Shown here: piece after piece, positions 9,921-20,346 of the stretch
Layout of the letters: each line of letters begins with the position of its first letter
Position numbering within the stretch: position 1 is the first letter of the stretch
From: a virus
Taxonomy: Duplodnaviria; Caudoviricetes
Reading direction: 5' to 3' (one strand)
IMG/VR virus record: IMGVR_UViG_3300029305_003510
Span: 166,856-230,855 of that record
Length of the DNA: 64,000 nucleotides
The notes under the pieces: generated by a model
Databases searched by the model: none
Told to the model about the DNA's origin: nothing
Seen by the model: the letters and a program-made list of their open reading frames with translations, nothing else
Made by a program: the position numbers and the translations under genes

Positions 9921-10607
9921 ATGAAGATCATGATCAATACTAACGAGACTGAAATCCGCACCATTATGAGCACTGTGACTGATACCATCCGTGTCTTCGA
10001 ACCCAACGCTGTCGATGCTCATGAGATCGATCGCGTAACCCATGAACTCACTTCCACGGATAGTGTCTACCACTTTGCTCAGAACTGCACCTGCACCCGC
10101 AACCACAGTAACTTCACCATCGACATCGATGAGAAGATGGTTCAGGACCTTGCTCCTGTGATCATCAAGGTTGCCAAGTTGGTTGCACCCATCTATCATG
10201 GCGGCAAAGCGTTGCTGATGACGATCAAAAACCTTTGTGAGACACTTCCCGAAAGCCTGAAGGTTATTGGAAAGGAGTTTCATGATAAGTGGGCTCTTCG
10301 TAAGAATTATCAAGTAGTTCGGCTTGAGAATGAAGACCTGAATCTCTTGGACATCGTAGTCCTCGAAGACGATGGGAAGAATGATCCTGAGATCACGGAT
10401 ATCTTCCATATTAGCGAAGTCTATGAGAACATGACGGTCCAGCGTCACATGGTAGCTAAGATGACTCTCGACAAGTCTACCATTGAGACTCACGATGAGG
10501 CTATCAAGGTTGCTCGGAAGATGCGTGATAATCTCCGGAAGGATCTGGAGGCTATGGCTGAGGCTACTGATAGCGATGTCGCTACTGACGAGAAGATCGA
10601 ATTCTAA
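9921..10607 (+). CDS. Hypothetical protein (early-type promoter)
   Basis: ATG 9921 after GAAAGGA; host-like codon bias. Confidence 0.75.
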   Translation: MKIMINTNETEIRTIMSTVTDTIRVFEPNAVDAHEIDRVTHELTSTDSVYHFAQNCTCTRNHSNFTIDIDEKMVQDLAPVIIKVAKLVAPIYHGGKALLMTIKNLCETLPESLKVIGKEFHDKWALRKNYQVVRLENEDLNLLDIVVLEDDGKNDPEITDIFHISEVYENMTVQRHMVAKMTLDKSTIETHDEAIKVARKMRDNLRKDLEAMAEATDSDVATDEKIEF

Positions 10608-10668
10608 CAAAACTCGAGTGCGGCAAGGCGCCTCGAGTTAATTTAACCCAAGAAGGAGTACGAACAAG

Positions 10669-10890
10669 ATGTTTACCTACTATGATGTAGAACATGAGAT
10701 GCGAATGGATAAGCTTCGTACGAAGCAACTTGAGGCGCATGCCCGCAAAATTAAGTTGGAGAAACTTCTTAGTAAGCACAGTCATAAGACTCCTGACGAG
10801 ATCAAGGATTTGTGCAGTATCATTGAGAAGTGTAAGCGTGATGGAGCAAAGGCCAAGGACGATATGATCCATTGTCTGGCGTCGATGTAA
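10669..10890 (+). CDS. Hypothetical protein
   Basis: AAGGAG RBS; 73 aa. Confidence 0.65.
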   Translation: MFTYYDVEHEMRMDKLRTKQLEAHARKIKLEKLLSKHSHKTPDEIKDLCSIIEKCKRDGAKAKDDMIHCLASM

Positions 10891-10914
10891 TAATAGAAAG
10901 AGAGGATAACAACA

Positions 10915-11088
10915 ATGAAACATAAGCTCCAGAGAATCAAAGAGGAATCTCGTCAGATCTGCACTGAGATTAGTAATGATCTCACACAGTCGAAGAAAGA
11001 ACTGGATCAGGTTGGCTGCAACTATCACAATCAGCGTGAGCAGGTTCTGCGCAAGATCCATGGTGACAACTATTATAAATACATGTAA
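10915..11088 (+). CDS. Small hypothetical protein (57 aa, not in ORF track)
   Basis: GAGAGG RBS; MKHKLQRIKEES...YYKYM*. Confidence 0.55.
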   Translation: MKHKLQRIKEESRQICTEISNDLTQSKKELDQVGCNYHNQREQVLRKIHGDNYYKYM

Positions 11089-11103
11089 GAGGAGGAACAT
11101 GAT

Positions 11104-11211
11104 ATGGGTTACAGAGATGTCAGTTATATTGAACAACTCTGGTACATCCTAAAATGGTTTGTCACAGGGAAAGACCGTAAGCTTCGTAAACAACTGAAAG
11201 ATTCTAAATGA
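11104..11211 (+). CDS. Small hypothetical protein (35 aa, not in ORF track)
   Basis: GAGGAGG RBS; MGYRDVSYIEQLWYILKWFVTGKDRKLRKQLKDSK*; followed by a hairpin at 11219-11250. Confidence 0.55.
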   Translation: MGYRDVSYIEQLWYILKWFVTGKDRKLRKQLKDSK

Positions 11212-11281
11212 AAAAGAAGACCGGGTGGGAACTTGATGTCCCACCCGGTCATATCTTCAACACACAGTTTATTTTTTTGTT

Positions 11282-11830
11282 TTACTTCTTATCCTTCTTG
11301 CTGTCAACAACAGCAGAAACCTTGGCAGATTTCTGAGTCTGAGCCCACAGCTTCTTGGCAAGACGCTCGGCCTTCTGACCAAACAACTTCTTCAGCTCAG
11401 CCATGTTCTCCTTCTTGATCTTCTGACCCAGCTTATACTTCTTATAAGCTTTGTGGTTAGCCTTCCTGCCCATCTTCAGAGTGATGATAGTAGTCAGACG
11501 GTTGATCTGGGCGTTCTTGTTCAGATGAACGACATTCAGCTTAGGATTGCTGATATGTACGGCAGCAGCCTCAGAGATGATACCCTGACCAATCAGATAA
11601 TCCTGAGCAGTCAAATATGCGTCGATAACTGCCTCATCCAGATTATCAGCAGACTCATCCATGAGCATCATCTGCAGCATAGTAGGCATGCAGGCATCTG
11701 CGCACTCGCGCATAAACTCTGCATCTTCCTCGTACATAGCAATATCCTCATCAGTCACAGTGCTGCTCTGCAGTGCAGACTCACTGATGGAACCGTTCGC
11801 GAACTTGCGAAAATTTTCCATGAAGTTCAT
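11282..11830 (-). CDS. Probable internal head protein: acidic propeptide plus basic C-terminal domain
   Basis: ISE|SA, MDE|SA, LDE|AV and ISE|AA motifs in an acidic N-half; Lys-rich C-half. Confidence 0.5.
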   Translation of the reverse strand: MNFMENFRKFANGSISESALQSSTVTDEDIAMYEEDAEFMRECADACMPTMLQMMLMDESADNLDEAVIDAYLTAQDYLIGQGIISEAAAVHISNPKLNVVHLNKNAQINRLTTIITLKMGRKANHKAYKKYKLGQKIKKENMAELKKLFGQKAERLAKKLWAQTQKSAKVSAVVDSKKDKK

Positions 11831-12052
11831 TTGTTAGGAGTCCTCCTTCTAAATTATTTTGGATGCAAAAATACGTATTTAAGCATTGTGTCATCTCTCG
11901 AGTATGGCACTGGAGTCCAATCAGCGCCACAATGACTCTGCTTATAGGTATGTTTGGTAAATCTATCATGATTATAATGTTATCTATGCATATAACGCAC
12001 TTACGTTTTGATATATGGTTTGATACATATATACAAGTGCTGAAATATAGAG

Positions 12053-14101
12053 GTGATGATGAGAATTATGAGTAAGACAATGACTGGAAAATATCTACAA
12101 GAGAATTGGATACGCGAAATGACTGATATGCTCGAACGCCTAAATCCTGATATGGATCGTAGTGCGATCGAGGATTTTGTTATTGAGCAGTATATGGAAC
12201 ACTACAGAGATCATGATGCTGTAGTATATAATAGCTACGAAAATACCGTAGCGCATACTTCACTTGGGCAAGTGGTTGATTGGATCCAAACTGATAGACC
12301 ATTGATTGCTGAGTCTGGAGTTTTCTTCTATCCGAAAGATAAAAAACGGAATGTGAATATCGAGATCATCAAAGAGTGTATGCTCGATGCTCGTACGATT
12401 CATAAGAAGGAAAAGTTCAAAGCAATGGAAGCTGGCGATATCTTTACAGCAGCTGTTAAGGATATCCAGCAGGCCAATGATAAGAAAGCTGCAAACTCTG
12501 GATATGGCGCTGAAGGTCAGTCATCCTCGTTTCTGTTTAATGTGCATTCAGCCATGTCGGTTACAGCATGTGGACGTGGTCAGTTGTCTACCGCAATTCT
12601 TTGTTATGAAAATCTTCTTGGAGACTTTGTAAAGTTTTTTGACATGGATGAATTCCATAACTTCATCCAACATATTGTGAATGAAAAAAAAGACTGGACT
12701 TTCGAGACGTTTGATGTAATTGATCGTATCCCAAGTAAGAAAGACTGGATTAATCGTTTTGAAGCCAAGTTTCTTCATCCATCTCTTTTGGATCATAAGC
12801 AGATTGAACTGATCTATGATTCTCTATCCAATGAAGAGAGAGCGAGAACTTTTTATAAAGCAAATATTAGAGACTTTATCTCTAAGAATAGGATGTTAGT
12901 GGAATTATTTACTGATATTTCTGAGACGAAGGTTGAATTCATTGACCCGAATGAAGTTCCGGAAGCGATTAAAAATGATGTGAAACTTATTTGTGCACTG
13001 GTTACGGAGTTTGTGAACTATAAGTACAGTTGGTTCCGTTATGAAGATCGCGCACGTTACCAGAGACGTGCCGTTGTGACAATCAGTGATACTGACTCTT
13101 GTTTCTTGTCATATGGGCCAATGTTGAAATTCCTGTATGACAAAGTCATTCCAATGAAACTTTGGAAGAGATCAGATAGCGATGCAAAGAAATCTCATAA
13201 GATCAAGATGTTAAATGTTTTGTCATGTTGTTCATCTGCAGCGATTGAGAATACTCTGTTTAATTACCTTGGATATGCCAATGTTGCAGATGAAGATAAG
13301 CCATATATTAAGATGAAAAACGAGTTCTATTATGAACGAGTTATTGTCACATATGCAAAGAAATCTTATATCGGTTTGATGACAAGACAGGAAGCGGTTG
13401 TTCTTAAAAAACCGAAGATGGACGTTAAGGGTGTTAATTTCTTTAAGTCTACAGCAAGTGAGAAGACATCTGAGTTTATCTATGATAAGGTACTCATGGG
13501 GCAACTGTTAAGACCAGAAGATGGAAAAATTTCTCTGCGAAGAACGTATAAGACAATCTCCGATTTCCAAGAACAAATTGCGCATGAGATTAAGCAGGGT
13601 GAAATGGGATTCCTAAAGCGTTCGATTAGAGTAAAATCTGTTGATGCTTATAAAGATCCTATGCGTATCAGTGCATATAAAGCAGCATATGTTTGGAACT
13701 ATGTGAATGATGATAAGGATCGTATTGAACTCCCCGCAACAACGACTCTTGTCAAAGTGAAATTAAAGGATCAGAAAGATATTGCGGCATTAGCACCATG
13801 GCCGAAAATCTATGAGCGAATGATGAAACTCTTCGAGACGGATCCCAACTTTGGTGATCATGAAGTTGAGAAAGATGGTAAAGTTCGTAAAGTAAAGGGC
13901 GCTGGTGTTAATGCGATTGCTCTTCCGGATGATTATGACGAAGTACCTGAATGGATCCTAGCAATCATCGATGTACAGACTTTGGTGAATGATAATATGA
14001 GACTATTCAGCCAGTTGTATCTTCCTCTTGGTTTGTCTTCTGGAACTGCAAAAGGCACAGGTTCTCAGGCGAAATATTACACGAGCATTGTTCGTATTTA
14101 A
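12053..14101 (+). CDS. Split family B DNA polymerase, C-terminal part (motifs B and C)
   Basis: KKAANSGYG (motif B), ISDTDSCF (motif C), KKSY and MDVKG. Confidence 0.88.
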   Translation: MMMRIMSKTMTGKYLQENWIREMTDMLERLNPDMDRSAIEDFVIEQYMEHYRDHDAVVYNSYENTVAHTSLGQVVDWIQTDRPLIAESGVFFYPKDKKRNVNIEIIKECMLDARTIHKKEKFKAMEAGDIFTAAVKDIQQANDKKAANSGYGAEGQSSSFLFNVHSAMSVTACGRGQLSTAILCYENLLGDFVKFFDMDEFHNFIQHIVNEKKDWTFETFDVIDRIPSKKDWINRFEAKFLHPSLLDHKQIELIYDSLSNEERARTFYKANIRDFISKNRMLVELFTDISETKVEFIDPNEVPEAIKNDVKLICALVTEFVNYKYSWFRYEDRARYQRRAVVTISDTDSCFLSYGPMLKFLYDKVIPMKLWKRSDSDAKKSHKIKMLNVLSCCSSAAIENTLFNYLGYANVADEDKPYIKMKNEFYYERVIVTYAKKSYIGLMTRQEAVVLKKPKMDVKGVNFFKSTASEKTSEFIYDKVLMGQLLRPEDGKISLRRTYKTISDFQEQIAHEIKQGEMGFLKRSIRVKSVDAYKDPMRISAYKAAYVWNYVNDDKDRIELPATTTLVKVKLKDQKDIAALAPWPKIYERMMKLFETDPNFGDHEVEKDGKVRKVKGAGVNAIALPDDYDEVPEWILAIIDVQTLVNDNMRLFSQLYLPLGLSSGTAKGTGSQAKYYTSIVRI

Positions 14102-14180
14102 ATCCACGATCTCAGTGGGTGTCTATTATATTTGGTGCCCACTGAGTTTATTTTTATATCTCTTAATATGAGGAGGAGAG

Positions 14181-15212
14181 TTGATAATGATAGAAAGCCC
14201 GTTTAAGTTCCATACCCGACTGAGTCCCGATGAGGCTCAGAAGCATACCAAGGTTCTGGTAGATACGATCAAGGCACCTATTCTCCAGGCCGGTGTTGGT
14301 ACAGAAATCAACCTCAGTACCGTATTCCCACTCACTACTGTCAATAATCCATATCCAATCATTGTAATCCTGAATGGAGTTGGTGGTAGCGGTAAAGGAA
14401 CATTTGCATCTATGGTTGCTAAGTATGCTGAAGATCCTATTCTTGAGATCTCTGTTGTTGATCCTCTGCGAGAGATTGCGGACAAATTAATCCATACACA
14501 TGTGGACAACTACATAGACCTCTATAAGGATAGACCTAAGACTTCTGACGAACATGCTGCTGAGAAGTCTGATCAATGGCGGTCTCTGATGCATGATCTA
14601 AAGATGTCCTGGCAGAATCTTGATGATGGTCCTAATCTTTACTGTCTTGGTCAGATTATCCGTATGGTGACGGTTGATAACAAGGATGAGATCCCTGGTA
14701 TCATCTTTGTAAATATTCGAGAAGAGGAAAATATCAATCGTTTTAAGGATTATTGTCACAGTATGGGATTGATTTGTTTCAGTCTTCTTATTGATGGCAA
14801 AATCGATTCTTCTCAGTTCACAAATGAGGGAGATGCTCTAGTCAATACATTCGAGTATGATGTAACAATTCCCAATAAGGGTAACTTGGATGATCTTTCT
14901 ATTACAGCATTTATCTTCTACAAGTTTATCAACCGTGCAAATCATATGTATGGTGTTGGAATCGAAGAAGATGATAAAGCAACGCTCGGGTCTAATACTG
15001 AAGTAACGGATCCCCCCGATGATGAAACTACTACACCGCCGAATACTGTCGGCCAGGCTGCGAAGGAGGACAGTAGCGGTGATACCGCAACCTCCTTTCT
15101 TCACAAGGGCAATGATACTGACCTCGCTGGGTCTAACGAATGTGAGCTTCAAAGTGAAGATCATAATCGGAATGATACAACTAGCGGGAGCAGTAGTACG
15201 AATGGTGATTAA
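14181..15212 (+). CDS. P-loop nucleotide (dNMP-like) kinase with an acidic tail
   Basis: IILNGVGGSGKGTF Walker A; VDPLREIA; FVNIRE. Confidence 0.6.
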   Translation: MIMIESPFKFHTRLSPDEAQKHTKVLVDTIKAPILQAGVGTEINLSTVFPLTTVNNPYPIIVILNGVGGSGKGTFASMVAKYAEDPILEISVVDPLREIADKLIHTHVDNYIDLYKDRPKTSDEHAAEKSDQWRSLMHDLKMSWQNLDDGPNLYCLGQIIRMVTVDNKDEIPGIIFVNIREEENINRFKDYCHSMGLICFSLLIDGKIDSSQFTNEGDALVNTFEYDVTIPNKGNLDDLSITAFIFYKFINRANHMYGVGIEEDDKATLGSNTEVTDPPDDETTTPPNTVGQAAKEDSSGDTATSFLHKGNDTDLAGSNECELQSEDHNRNDTTSGSSSTNGD

Positions 15213-15285
15213 ACGTATCCTGGCTTCTAAATCGATTCCGCAAAAAACATTACAATAACTCAAAACCGAAAGGTGGACATGAATT

Positions 15286-16266
15286 ATGGCCTACAATAAT
15301 AACTATCAGAATAACCAGGGAGGATACCCCCAGAGAAGGTCTACTGGAGCACCTCGTAACAGTGCTCCTCGTACTCAGCAGCGTGAACCTCAGGAGCAGA
15401 GCACTGGTCCCACTCTCTACAATGAGCGTGCTGGCAAGTTTCTAAATTTCAATTACTGGGGACGTTACGCCAGTATCGAGATTGGTATCGTCCAGCCTGG
15501 TAGCGCTATGAACTGGGATGCTCGTAAGAATGCTCAGAAGGTTACTCAGGTTGTAGCCTTTGAGAATCTGAGCGAGATTTGGGATATCTGTGAGGAGGTT
15601 CTGGATTCTTTGAAGAATACCGGCACCTTTACTTCTGCTGGTATTCGTGTCGGCATGAAGCAGGATGCTATGGTCGAGATCAATAACGGCTCTACGATCA
15701 ATATGGCTCCTGGTATCTATCTGGTTATTTACAAGAATCTGGATAGTGGTAATCGTACCAATAATCTGGAGATCTATCCTTTTGAGGATGTTCGTATTGT
15801 TCGCGGATATGATCATAGCTCTGGTATGGCCAAGGATGATATCAGCAAAGTTGGTCAGTTCAAGAAGTTCTATCGATTGATCAGAGAAGCCGCCAAGGCC
15901 TTTACCATGGCTCAGGTACATGCTCTGCAGGTCGTTACTAAGTCCGATCGTCTGGGCACTTTCAAAGCACTGACTTCCATTTCTCAGGCTCTCGGTGTAG
16001 ATATCTCTTCTGAACTGAATAAGCTCAGCGGCAATCCCAATAAGGGTAATAATAATGGTGGCGGTTATAACCGTCAGGGTGGTGGAGGATACAATGCTCC
16101 TCGCGGTAACTGGCAGAGCAGTGGTTCTCCCCGTAGCGCTACTTTTGAATCTGGTGCAGATTCCTACAAGGCTCAGCAGCAGATTATGTCCACTCTGGAT
16201 GATCCCGTGGATATTAACCTCTCTATGGAGAGCCTCACGAACGTTGACATGAGTCAGTTCAAGTAA
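15286..16266 (+). CDS. Hypothetical protein, possibly ssDNA-binding
   Basis: N/Q/G-rich disordered ends around a beta-rich core; strong codon bias; AACA-N6-TA at 15246. Confidence 0.4.
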   Translation: MAYNNNYQNNQGGYPQRRSTGAPRNSAPRTQQREPQEQSTGPTLYNERAGKFLNFNYWGRYASIEIGIVQPGSAMNWDARKNAQKVTQVVAFENLSEIWDICEEVLDSLKNTGTFTSAGIRVGMKQDAMVEINNGSTINMAPGIYLVIYKNLDSGNRTNNLEIYPFEDVRIVRGYDHSSGMAKDDISKVGQFKKFYRLIREAAKAFTMAQVHALQVVTKSDRLGTFKALTSISQALGVDISSELNKLSGNPNKGNNNGGGYNRQGGGGYNAPRGNWQSSGSPRSATFESGADSYKAQQQIMSTLDDPVDINLSMESLTNVDMSQFK

Positions 16267-16282
16267 TCAAGAGGCGCTACAT

Positions 16283-17107
16283 ATGAGAGTAACGGAAGAT
16301 AAGGGATTTCTTACTGAGATGTTTCCCAATGTAATGAAACGTACACGTCTTTTGATCATCGATCATGATGTGACGCGTTATCACAGTTATGATCTTCTGA
16401 GATACCAACTCTTCCGTGATACGCAGACTGGAGATAAAGAACATTTCATGAGCATTAAACCGGGTTATCAATATTTACTCAGATCTGGAACTGAACTCGC
16501 TGATCGAGTCAGATTTGCTCAAAATGGAATTGAAGAGTTTAATATCTATGAATGCTTTAATAAAGATTTGGGTATAAATACTCCGGAGAAGTATACAGTA
16601 AAGCTTCATGAAATGTTCCAAGATCCAGCTTCTCGTGTTACTGAAACTGATGTTGGTAGTTCAAGATTCGATATGATCTTTGATCGCCCAGCGATCGATG
16701 GATTTCTGTTACGATATAAAGGAGATCCACATCTTCCTTCCTGTTACGAGAGATTGACAGTATACGAGGCCGAGAATCTTCTCGACCTCAATACTGCCTC
16801 AGCAATTATTCATCAAGATCAAATCAATGCTGTTATGATCTGTAGCACAGAACTTGCTGTTAGGTTAGCAACAAGGCTCTATCAGGAAGGATATAAAAAT
16901 TCAATTACAATGATTATTGCTCGATATGCATACAATTTTGTCTACAGTGATGAGGGGTTAATGGTATATCCGAAGTTCGGGGAGGAACTCGGTGTACTGG
17001 AAACTTCTTTGAAACATGAATTTGGATTCTTTGATCCTTTCAGTGGTCTTACATATCGAGCACGATTTATCGAAGAAAATGAGGTGCAACCATATGAGCA
17101 AGAATGA
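16283..17107 (+). CDS. Hypothetical protein
   Basis: 274 aa; AAGAGG RBS. Confidence 0.7.
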   Translation: MRVTEDKGFLTEMFPNVMKRTRLLIIDHDVTRYHSYDLLRYQLFRDTQTGDKEHFMSIKPGYQYLLRSGTELADRVRFAQNGIEEFNIYECFNKDLGINTPEKYTVKLHEMFQDPASRVTETDVGSSRFDMIFDRPAIDGFLLRYKGDPHLPSCYERLTVYEAENLLDLNTASAIIHQDQINAVMICSTELAVRLATRLYQEGYKNSITMIIARYAYNFVYSDEGLMVYPKFGEELGVLETSLKHEFGFFDPFSGLTYRARFIEENEVQPYEQE

Positions 17108-18971
17108 TCGACCCAAGGTACAAATTCAGAGTAATTCTCTTCGTGGAGAATATATGCATGAAATCGCAGATCGAGTAGTCAATGAAATTTATGCAGATGT
17201 TTCTCCTATGTTCGGTCCTGGTGCAAGTGATGCGGTGATTACAAAAGACGGTCAGCCGTATTATACCCGTGATGGTAAAGAGGTTATGGAGTCTCTTACA
17301 TTCGATAACGAGCTGGCAAATTATGTTCATCATTTCCTCTATCAGGCGGCATATCATCAGGGTAAAGATGTCGGTGATGGTAGTACCACTCTGATCATGC
17401 TGTACTGCAATCTGTATAAGAGAATTCGTGAACGAATTCTGGATCCCAATATCAGTAAGCATGGCAATGCTCTTCAGAATCTAAACATCAACGGAGTTCG
17501 TAGTACATGGAAGAAGATCACCAATGCGATTGTAGATAAACTAAAAGAAAATGCCGTTCCTCTCACTGATGATCTTCTGAAGTCCAATCTCTATACCTGT
17601 ACACAGGATGCAGAGTTAACAGCTAAAATCTATGAAAGTCTGCATGATGCTATCATGGCCGGTGCATACATCGTTCCCAGAAAGAGTAATATCGCTACCG
17701 ATTTTAATGTGACTACATACCACCGTCCTCTGCTGAAAGTAGTACGTCAGTTCTCTCTAAAAGCTATGCAGGATGAACCTGAGAACTGTGTGATATTTTA
17801 CTGCAATGGAATGATGAATCTAGCTCATCCTGAGGTTCTGGTCGCAATGTCTGGTATTTCTACTGTTGGTGCTAATGGGCAGAAAGTTCATCCAAACATT
17901 GTATTCCTCTGCCATGGCGTGACAGAACTTACTCGTGATACGATTCGTCGATATTCAAAGATGGTTAAAGATAATGGTTGGAGTATCGATCAGTTGAATA
18001 ATATTGCTATCTATACTATGACTGATTATCGAATTATGTCTTCCGAAGAATTGGAAGATATCGGTACGATTATTACCGATGAGCCCGGTCTTGGCGGTTT
18101 GGTACAGCCTATTACTTTTGAGGCGCTTCTCTACAAGACTTTTGTCGACACAAATGCTCTTGGCATTGAGCCCATTGAAGAGCTGGAGATGTTTGATGCT
18201 GATCTGCATCTCTGTGATAAGATGAAGAATATCTTTTTCAAGCCTTATCGTCTAATCTTCGATGATGTTGAAGGTATGGCTATCGATAAACCTTTTGGTC
18301 CTGTAGCACAGAAGAGATATGATGATCTCCGTAAAGCCATCGAGGAAGAGAAATCTCCTGTAAAGAAAGTGGAGCTGAACAAGCGTCTACGTCGAACCTA
18401 TGGTATGTTTATTGATGTAGAAGTTGGTTCTACTCTTCTGAAGGATAGTCAGCGTAAGTTTGAACTGATTCTTGATGCGTTAATATCTTCTACAGAAGCC
18501 GCTCGTAGTGGCGTGCTGTTGGGTAATGGTATGCTGCATGCTTTAAGTGCTATCGGCAATTCAGATCAGTCTATTGCGCCAAAGTTCCGAGATGCATATG
18601 ATATTCTTTGGACTGCCATTGGTGATACGTTGGTAGAGCTTATGGAGAATTATGGCCGTTCTATCGGTATGGATCGTAGTGAGTTTATGTCTTGTACAGT
18701 AAATGCTGAGTATGATCCTGCTGACTTTAACCTTCGTGGTATTGAAGTATGGCCGAAGAAGGATTCTACCGAAGCTATGGCCACTCGTAATCAGTTTATT
18801 ACGATTACTGATTCTACTGGTAGTGATATGGAGATCAATATCCAGGTTATTGAGCCTATGAGTGTGATGAAGTCTATCATTGAACACTCTGTCCTTGCAG
18901 TTGAGCTTGCTCGTACAGAAGTTTTCCATATCTCCGGTCAGCGTGGATACATGGGTAACTATATTGATTAA
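17094..18971 (+). CDS. GroEL-like phage chaperonin
   Basis: MFGPGA, YTRDG and VGDGSTT ATP-binding motifs; GVLLGNG; VIEP; ATG 17094 after GAGGTG. Confidence 0.85.
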   Translation: MSKNDRPKVQIQSNSLRGEYMHEIADRVVNEIYADVSPMFGPGASDAVITKDGQPYYTRDGKEVMESLTFDNELANYVHHFLYQAAYHQGKDVGDGSTTLIMLYCNLYKRIRERILDPNISKHGNALQNLNINGVRSTWKKITNAIVDKLKENAVPLTDDLLKSNLYTCTQDAELTAKIYESLHDAIMAGAYIVPRKSNIATDFNVTTYHRPLLKVVRQFSLKAMQDEPENCVIFYCNGMMNLAHPEVLVAMSGISTVGANGQKVHPNIVFLCHGVTELTRDTIRRYSKMVKDNGWSIDQLNNIAIYTMTDYRIMSSEELEDIGTIITDEPGLGGLVQPITFEALLYKTFVDTNALGIEPIEELEMFDADLHLCDKMKNIFFKPYRLIFDDVEGMAIDKPFGPVAQKRYDDLRKAIEEEKSPVKKVELNKRLRRTYGMFIDVEVGSTLLKDSQRKFELILDALISSTEAARSGVLLGNGMLHALSAIGNSDQSIAPKFRDAYDILWTAIGDTLVELMENYGRSIGMDRSEFMSCTVNAEYDPADFNLRGIEVWPKKDSTEAMATRNQFITITDSTGSDMEINIQVIEPMSVMKSIIEHSVLAVELARTEVFHISGQRGYMGNYID

Positions 18972-19056
18972 AATAAGAGAGCAGTGGGATTATCCCACTG
19001 CTTTTCTTTTTCGATTAGCATGCAAACACTTCAATAATGGAGGAGGTGTCAGAAGG

Positions 19057-19431
19057 ATGATATGGATAAAACGATTTTTCCATAATATTTATTTGAATTA
19101 TAATCGATATGAATTCAGACGCTGGATGAAGTTTATTTTTACATGGATTACCATCATTGTACTTTGCATTGCTATCATAGGTTGTATTATCATTATTATT
19201 CATCGTGATGCTAATATTGATAAAGAATCTATTGGATTCTATGGCGAAGTTATATACAATGAAAACAATATCGAATATCGAAGAGATTTGGTAACAGATC
19301 AGGTCTTTATTGTTCGACATTCAATGTATAGTACCACAATAAAGGATATTATCGATCCAGATACAGGTCTACCAATGCTCTATGATAAATTTATGGAAAT
19401 AGTAAAAAGTCGGGGAGGCTTTATTGAATGA
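19057..19431 (+). CDS. Membrane-anchored hypothetical protein
   Basis: GGAGGAGGT RBS; one TM helix; AACA-N6-TA at 19025. Confidence 0.65.
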   Translation: MIWIKRFFHNIYLNYNRYEFRRWMKFIFTWITIIVLCIAIIGCIIIIIHRDANIDKESIGFYGEVIYNENNIEYRRDLVTDQVFIVRHSMYSTTIKDIIDPDTGLPMLYDKFMEIVKSRGGFIE

Positions 19432-20300
19432 AACTGAAAGCTTTCATGGCTGATACTTTTAGTGTCAGCAAAGGTGCTGTTCGAATTAGTACAAAGGGAA
19501 TCATCGAAGATTATCGTGAACGCTATGATACTATGGTTAAAGACCAGAAGAAGATTCCTCATGCTGATACATACACTGTAACTCCTGGAAATCGAGTTAT
19601 GGTTCACGTAAAAATCCCCTCAGAAACAGTAGAGGGATTCTTCTATGATGTTCTTCTTGAGCTGTCTGCAGAGAAAACTGCAGTAAGTTTCGAAGAGTGT
19701 GATATCAAGATCTTTTCTAATTCTCCGTCTTTTGTTTATTCTGTTGCATATATTTTCGCTCACTGGGATCCAGATGCACAAAAGCCGACAGAAAAAGGAA
19801 AGGGAATGATGATTGATACTCTGAAAGGTAAGCTCCCTCGTGACAGAATGCTTATCCCAGGAGTAGAAAAGAAACTCGGCAGAAAGCCGATTCATGATCC
19901 CCCAGAAATTCGCAACCCTATGGGTCTCCCTCTTTTCGATAAGTCTATCTACTTTGCTATTTTTTATCTGATGGATAATATGGCTTTTCACCAGGTCATG
20001 CATAACCATCGGTTCCGCACGGCTCAGCAGGTTTTCAATAGTGTTGCTGAATTTGATAAACTGATGATGGAACGAAAACGCATGGAAAATCGTCAGAAAG
20101 AAAGAAAGACGAAAAAACAAGCAGATATTGAAAAAGACATGAGAGCAAAGGAACGTGGGGTTGATAAGATCAATCGTTCTGGTCTTATGCAACCAGAGCG
20201 TTCATCTGCTATGAGAACGACTATGTCCACACCGAAGTCTACTCGTAGTACCAATTCAATGAAATCTACTCGAAGAGTGACAAACAAATCTGGAGAATAA
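19428..20300 (+). CDS. Hypothetical protein
   Basis: 290 aa; overlaps the previous stop; basic tail. Confidence 0.75.
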   Translation: MKLKAFMADTFSVSKGAVRISTKGIIEDYRERYDTMVKDQKKIPHADTYTVTPGNRVMVHVKIPSETVEGFFYDVLLELSAEKTAVSFEECDIKIFSNSPSFVYSVAYIFAHWDPDAQKPTEKGKGMMIDTLKGKLPRDRMLIPGVEKKLGRKPIHDPPEIRNPMGLPLFDKSIYFAIFYLMDNMAFHQVMHNHRFRTAQQVFNSVAEFDKLMMERKRMENRQKERKTKKQADIEKDMRAKERGVDKINRSGLMQPERSSAMRTTMSTPKSTRSTNSMKSTRRVTNKSGE

Positions 20301-20346
20301 TTTTCATGTCTATATATTATAGGTATAGCATCAGAGAACGGAGGTT

